26,915 bases of DNA from a virus (lineage: Duplodnaviria > Caudoviricetes). The translations under genes were made by a program, and so were the position numbers. Where the stretch lies: positions 1-26,915 of the IMG/VR virus record IMGVR_UViG_3300010052_000134; one strand, 5' to 3'. A model generated the notes under the pieces. The model was not told the DNA's origin, ran no database searches, and worked only from the letters and a program-made list of their open reading frames with translations. Of this stretch, positions 22,891-26,915 are shown piece after piece. How positions within the stretch are numbered: the first letter of the stretch is position 1; each line of letters begins with the position of its first letter.

Positions 22891-25068
22891 TTAAGCCACC
22901 GCCGCCGGGCCCAATCCGGCGGCGGTTTGCGTTTCGGCCGCACGCATGCGCGCGACCGTTTCAAGACGCGCTTCGACGATCCCCTTCCAAACGGGGTCGG
23001 CCATCGCGGTCTCGAATTCCTCGATGTGATGGGGTTTGGCGGTGTCGCGGTTCTGCGCGACCCACTGGTAGAAAGCGGCCTCGGGTGCTGCGGCGACATC
23101 GGCCAATTTCCAGCCCGCCAGATCGTGCACGTCGTTCCAGTCGATCTCCTTCGCGGGTGCCGGTTCTTCGCGCGCGGGTGCGCTGTCGATCACGCGTGGT
23201 TCCCAGGCGCGCGGCGCTTCGAGCGCGTCGGCCGCCTTCGCGGCTTCGCGCAAGGCTGCGCTGTCGTGTTCGATCGCGGGGATGACGGCGAGGTTTGCGC
23301 GCGCGCGCGTCGTGGCGTCGTCGAGGATTTCGGCGATCGACAATTCCGGGCGATGCGTGCGCTTGGCGATGCGCGCCGCCTCGCGGAAAGTCCGGTCGAT
23401 CTGCTGCTGCGCAGAGCGCGCCTTGGCGGCGATCTCGGCGCGGCTCGCACCCGTGCGCGCCGGATCCTCGGCCACGCACAAGAACGCGCCGGCGAGATCG
23501 TGCACGATGATTCGGCCGGCATCGGCCGCGTCGAAGCGCACCTGCACGCGCTGGCCGATCAGCGGGACAAGCGCTTCGTGGATGTAGAAGCCGGCATCGA
23601 CCGCGATGCCGCGCTTGCCGACGACGCGGAGGCCGCCGCCGGCGGGCTCGGCGAGCAGCACGTCGAGCGCGCGCGGATCGACGACGCGGCGCGCTTCGTG
23701 CGCGTGCATCGCCGCAACCTCGGCCGGCTTCATGCCGTCGAGCCCTTCGTGTTCGTCGAGCTCGTAGATCCCGGCGATGTACGCGTCGATCGCCTGTTGA
23801 AGCTGCGCGGACGAAAGGCGGACGTTGAAGACTTCGGCGTCGCTTTCGCCCAGGCGCGAGCTGAAGGCGGCCCGCGCGCGGATGGCCTGGCGATCGGCGA
23901 CGCTGTGCCCGACATAGCCGGGCAGCATCTCGAACAGCCGCCGCGTCATCGTGCCGAAGAACCGCTCGATATGCGGCTTGCCTTCCGGCGTGAAGGGCGG
24001 GCAAAGCCGATGCTCGATGCCGGCGGCCGCGAGTCCGGCCGTGACCCAGCGGCTTTTGAATTCCTGGCCGTTGTCGGTCTTCAGTTCTTCGGGGAAGCCC
24101 CAGTCGATGATGCAGCGGCGCGTGAGCGCCATGACGCCGGCGGCCTTGGAAGTCCTCGTCACCAGCACGCGCGTGCGGCGCGTGAACACATCGATCGTGC
24201 CGACCAGCGCGAAACGCCCGTCGGTGCACATGGCGTCCGATGGGGTCGCGTCGCTTTCCCAGGTCTGATTGATGCGGATGACGCGCTCGGACTGCGAGCC
24301 GAACGACGCGCGATAGAGGTTCTTCGCGCTGTCGGGGTTCGCGAGCATCTCGGCGCCGCGCGGGTTCTCGTCGCGCCAGCGCTTCATCCAGCGTTCGAGC
24401 GTTTTGCAGCTGGGGATGTGAAGGCCCTTGAAGCGCGCCTTCATCGCGTCGCGCACGGCGCCCGGCTTCAGATGCGGACCATGCGCGATCTGCGCGATGA
24501 CGAAGTCGCGCATCACCGGGTTGCCTTCGACCAGCCCCGTGGTGCGATCGCCCTTGTACTTGCCGCCCAAGCCCGACGCGTCGCCGGCGGCGACGGCGAT
24601 GCGCCAGCGGCGCAGCGAGGAACCCGACAGCGTCGGCAACGCATCGCGCAGCCAGCTTTCGGCTTCGACGCGGTTCGCGTTCCACTCGTCGGCGAAGCGC
24701 TTGTCGGCATCGGTCTCGCGAAGGCCGACGCGGGCGCGATAGGCGTCCGCCAGCTGCACGGCGCAGAGCCGGGCTTCGGCACGGCCGCGCGCCGATGGGG
24801 CAAGGCTGGCGAGCGTTAGAACGGGCGCCTGGCGCGTGGGTTCGATAACGCTCGCGGCGAGTTCGGGAAGGTTGCGCGCGACGAGCTCGGCGCGGGCTTC
24901 GGTGGGCAGTGCTTCGATCGGATACTCGACGGCGCCGCCCTTGGCGCCTGGGCGCTTGCGCCCTTCCCAGCGTTCGGCGTTCGCCCGGATGTTGATTCCG
25001 CGCTTGCTGGTCGGCAGGCCCGGCAAGGCGAGGGCGGCGAGTTCCTTGGCGGTGAACATCGTCTTCAT
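22891..25068 (-). CDS. Mu-like DDE transposase (MuA-like), 725 aa
   Basis: N-terminal Mu-type HTH (FTAKELA..LPGLP...GGAVEYPI..LP), catalytic WESD / KTDNGQEF / KPHIERFF, C-terminal RVVGKRGI...VQVRFD domain. Confidence 0.96.
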   Translation of the reverse strand: MKTMFTAKELAALALPGLPTSKRGINIRANAERWEGRKRPGAKGGAVEYPIEALPTEARAELVARNLPELAASVIEPTRQAPVLTLASLAPSARGRAEARLCAVQLADAYRARVGLRETDADKRFADEWNANRVEAESWLRDALPTLSGSSLRRWRIAVAAGDASGLGGKYKGDRTTGLVEGNPVMRDFVIAQIAHGPHLKPGAVRDAMKARFKGLHIPSCKTLERWMKRWRDENPRGAEMLANPDSAKNLYRASFGSQSERVIRINQTWESDATPSDAMCTDGRFALVGTIDVFTRRTRVLVTRTSKAAGVMALTRRCIIDWGFPEELKTDNGQEFKSRWVTAGLAAAGIEHRLCPPFTPEGKPHIERFFGTMTRRLFEMLPGYVGHSVADRQAIRARAAFSSRLGESDAEVFNVRLSSAQLQQAIDAYIAGIYELDEHEGLDGMKPAEVAAMHAHEARRVVDPRALDVLLAEPAGGGLRVVGKRGIAVDAGFYIHEALVPLIGQRVQVRFDAADAGRIIVHDLAGAFLCVAEDPARTGASRAEIAAKARSAQQQIDRTFREAARIAKRTHRPELSIAEILDDATTRARANLAVIPAIEHDSAALREAAKAADALEAPRAWEPRVIDSAPAREEPAPAKEIDWNDVHDLAGWKLADVAAAPEAAFYQWVAQNRDTAKPHHIEEFETAMADPVWKGIVEARLETVARMRAAETQTAAGLGPAAVA

Positions 25069-25526
25069 CGCCGGCCGCTCCGCAGCGCTTTACGGATTAT
25101 CGACTTGCGCGCCTTCAGGTCTTCTTCCTGGCCGATCAGTTCGGCGAGCTCGGCGTGGAGCGCATCGGTGCCGGCGACGACTTTGTGTCCGCACTTCGAT
25201 GCGACGCGCGCGAGCAGCCATGTCGCACCGGTCACTTGAATGAACGCTGGTAGGTAGACCAGCGGGAAGCGCCAGTCGGTGCGTGACGGCGCGGTCCATG
25301 CGTCGAGTTGGGAAACCGAGATCGGGTAATTCGGATCGGCGCCGAGCGCCTCTTCCATGCGCGCGGCGATCTCTTCGCGCTTGATGCCGCTGTCCTTGAT
25401 CGCTTGCGCCAGCGCCGCGCGAAGTTCGCCATCCCATTGCAGCGATCCGGCGGGGGTGGCGGTGCGTTCGTTCTCGTCGAGAGCGAGCACGCGTTGGCGC
25501 GGATCGAGGGGGCGATTGCGCGTCAT
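25065..25526 (-). CDS. Conserved phage protein between ner and transposase (probable DNA-binding, CII-like)
   Basis: REEIAARMEEALG...ISVSQLDAWTAPSR..WRFPL.YLPAF..VTG; ATGA overlap with ner; AAGGGG RBS. Confidence 0.78.
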   Translation of the reverse strand: MTRNRPLDPRQRVLALDENERTATPAGSLQWDGELRAALAQAIKDSGIKREEIAARMEEALGADPNYPISVSQLDAWTAPSRTDWRFPLVYLPAFIQVTGATWLLARVASKCGHKVVAGTDALHAELAELIGQEEDLKARKSIIRKALRSGRR

Positions 25527-25825
25527 GCCGCCGCCCCTTTGTATGTGCGGCATATATTGCGCGTACGGCGATTCCCGTGAGACCTTTTGACCCGCACGAG
25601 GGGTCGGGCTTCGCCGTTCGCATCGAACAGGCTGGGCCAGATTTCCTGGGGCGCATGACCGAGGAGCTCGGCGATCTTCGCTTTGACCTTCGGCCAGCGC
25701 CTGTAGTGCAGCGCCTTATGACCGGCCGAACGGTGTAAACCGATCGACGGACCCACCTTGTCCAAGTGCACGCCCCGCTTCTTCAGCGCGGCGTGGATGT
25801 CGGCGGGGTGCCAGTCTTGTTGCAT
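25523..25825 (-). CDS. ner: Ner-like DNA-binding regulator
   Basis: DWHPADIHAALKKRG...WPK...IAELLG..PQEIWPS signature; start 25825 preferred because the ATG at 25879 lies inside the predicted promoter. Confidence 0.9.
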   Translation of the reverse strand: MQQDWHPADIHAALKKRGVHLDKVGPSIGLHRSAGHKALHYRRWPKVKAKIAELLGHAPQEIWPSLFDANGEARPLVRVKRSHGNRRTRNICRTYKGAAA

Positions 25826-25865
25826 CGGTGCAAAGAGGCCTGGGGTGAGGTGTCTACTTGTGGAC

Positions 25866-25895
25866 ACTGTGCCGTACATCTGCGGAGTCCGTCAA
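25866..25895 (-). promoter_or_regulatory. Putative early (Pe-like) promoter
   Basis: TTGACG (25895-25890), 18 nt, CACAGT (25871-25866); the spacer contains an operator-like palindrome. Confidence 0.5.
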
Positions 25896-25941
25896 CGCAG
25901 ATATGCGGAGTTCCCAGTTCAAAGAGTCCGCAGTTACGCGG
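25872..25941. promoter_or_regulatory. Three 14-bp operator-like palindromes between ner and the repressor
   Basis: CCGTACATCTGCGG (25872-85), ACGCAGATATGCGG (25895-908), CCGCAGTTACGCGG (25928-41). Confidence 0.7.
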
Positions 25942-25967
25942 TAATGCCGAATAAATCAGGTTTTTCA

Positions 25968-26459
25968 ATGAGCAACGGCGCGAGCGAAAAAATCGGAGAT
26001 CTGAGAAATTCCGTTCCCAGTTGGACTAGCGAAGTGGGAATCCGCTTCGGGCGAGTCGTTGCGCTCTATCCGAGTCGCCGGGCCGCTGCGCAGATTTGCG
26101 GCAAATCCGAAGATATGCTGTCGCGCTACGAGAAGGCTTTGTCGGATGCGCCGTTCGCCGTGGTCGCGTTCCTGGCCGCGCAAAAGGGCGTATCGCTGTC
26201 GTGGATATTCGACGGCCGCGAGCCGATGATGGAAGGCGATGTGGCGCCACCCCATATTCTTCCACTTAATCCCGATCTTCTAACGCTTGTGGTCGTTGTG
26301 GTTGAAGATGCGCTGGCCCAGCGGGGGCGCACCCTCAACTCGTCCCAGAAGGGCGAAGCCATCGCCACGCTGTACGAGCTGGCAATCGATCAACCCGAGG
26401 GCGATCGTGCCGCGTGGATTAGGAGCTCCGGATTGAAAGTTCTTCGCCTCGTGAAATAA
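25968..26459 (+). CDS. Immunity repressor (XRE-type HTH, no S24 peptidase domain)
   Basis: Divergent from ner; SRRAAAQICGKSEDMLSRYEK...P...LA...GVSLSWIFDG; start uncertain (ATG 25944 or 25968). Confidence 0.82.
   Translation: MSNGASEKIGDLRNSVPSWTSEVGIRFGRVVALYPSRRAAAQICGKSEDMLSRYEKALSDAPFAVVAFLAAQKGVSLSWIFDGREPMMEGDVAPPHILPLNPDLLTLVVVVVEDALAQRGRTLNSSQKGEAIATLYELAIDQPEGDRAAWIRSSGLKVLRLVK
26088..26120. promoter_or_regulatory. Two operator-like palindromes inside the repressor gene
   Basis: GCGCAGATTTGCGG (26088-101) and CCGAAGATATGCTG (26107-120), each 12/14 to CCGCAGATATGCGG. Confidence 0.55.
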
Positions 26460-26540
26460 CCACCACGCGTCTTGTCTGTGGCGCTATCGCGTCAACCTGT
26501 GGTCATATTTTCGTGACCATATGGCTCGGGGTGGTGGCGG

Positions 26541-26915
26541 ATGGACGGCCTAGAAAAAATCAATCGGTTAGCGGGTTTGATCAATAACGCGCCGCCGGTT
26601 ACGGCGGGCCAAGGCTGGGTGATGCGGTTGCTTACGAGCATCCGGACCGGCGGCCTGTTCAACCGCGTGCACAACACGATCATCGTGAACATGGAAGGCG
26701 AGCGCTCAGCGCAGCCGCGTATGTGGTCGCGCGAGAAGACGCGGCGCATCTACGCCGAAGTGCGCGACATCGCCAAGCGATTCCCTGATGTTCCCGATGT
26801 AAAGCGCCGCGCGATGCGCGCGTTGCTTTCCCACTTCGGCGTCAGCGGCCCGCGCTACATCGCGGCCGCCCGCTTGGACGAAGCCATCGCGTTCCTTCGC
26901 GCGTGGCGGCCCTAG
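26541..26915 (+). CDS. Hypothetical protein with ORF6C-like C-terminus
   Basis: IYAEVR...ALLSHFGVSGPRYIAAARLDEAIAFLRAWRP resembles the ORF6C pattern (F.V..Y..I....EA..F...W.P); co-oriented with the repressor. Confidence 0.6.
   Translation: MDGLEKINRLAGLINNAPPVTAGQGWVMRLLTSIRTGGLFNRVHNTIIVNMEGERSAQPRMWSREKTRRIYAEVRDIAKRFPDVPDVKRRAMRALLSHFGVSGPRYIAAARLDEAIAFLRAWRP

Larger units (their letters stand above)
1..26915 (-). mobile_element. Mu-like transposable prophage/phage genome segment (contractile tail); ends not in window
   Basis: Repressor/ner/DDE transposase/AAA ATPase/gam/gemA/mor followed by lysis, terminase, portal, MuF, protease, capsid, sheath and tube in Mu gene order; dense ATGA/TGATG gene overlaps throughout. 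Confidence 0.97.

Noticed and set aside
22961-24685. 574-aa alternative-frame ORF inside the transposase
   Set aside because: Arg/Gly-rich composition typical of the shifted frame of GC-rich genes; no RBS or domain evidence.
22066-24819. 917-aa plus-strand ORF (likewise 716..2704, 7242..9281, 10642..12687, 19799..21178)
   Set aside because: Antisense shadows of well-supported minus-strand genes; long stop-free reverse frames are expected in GC-rich coding DNA, and the translations have no recognisable motifs.
25758-25943. Extended N-terminus of the repressor ORF as tracked (233 aa)
   Set aside because: Overlaps the start of ner and the operator/promoter region; a start at 25944 or 25968 is more plausible.
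26284-26510. Several TGTGG words as possible DnaA boxes for the phage DnaA-IV protein
   Set aside because: They match only the 5-bp core, two fall within Val codons, and none fits TGTGGATAA well enough.
26460-26915. Search for the Mu left end (terminal TG/CA with repeated transposase-binding sites)
   Set aside because: No convincing terminal repeat array seen; the window stops at a stop codon, so the end probably lies beyond it.
1-26915. CRISPR array, tRNA/rRNA, reverse transcriptase/DGR, invertase or anti-CRISPR (acr-aca) locus
   Set aside because: No spaced direct-repeat array, RNA gene or such enzyme motifs seen. The F-I interval, where some transposable phages carry acr genes, has no convincing small genes or aca-like HTH.

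Overview
The window is about 27 kb of a GC-rich, Mu-like transposable (pro)phage with a contractile tail. Almost all genes are on the minus strand and read right to left in canonical Mu order. The early region has a divergent repressor (+), then ner, a conserved small gene, a DDE transposase (MuA-like) and an AAA ATPase (MuB-like). It is followed by early accessory genes, including a stand-alone DnaA domain-IV protein, gam, an HNH protein, gemA and a Mor/C-like activator. The late region has the lysis cassette, gp25/26/27-like genes, terminase, portal, MuF, protease/scaffold, capsid, head-tail joining genes, sheath, tube, tail chaperone and the first 33 codons of the tape measure. Neither Mu end is visible in the window. 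Signals read directly from the DNA: (1) an identical 21-bp near-palindrome, 20 bp upstream of a -10-like hexamer, in front of both the lysis and protease operons, with an apparently leaderless endolysin mRNA; (2) a family of 14-bp operator-like palindromes, two of them inside the repressor's own HTH-coding sequence; (3) a C-CCT-TTC -1 frameshift site giving a GpE'-like tail chaperone; (4) a translationally coupled 64-aa mini-gene that resembles the C-terminus of the tail sheath; (5) a MuF protein with a C-terminal nuclease-like extension. All family assignments come from motif recognition and synteny by eye; no database search was run.
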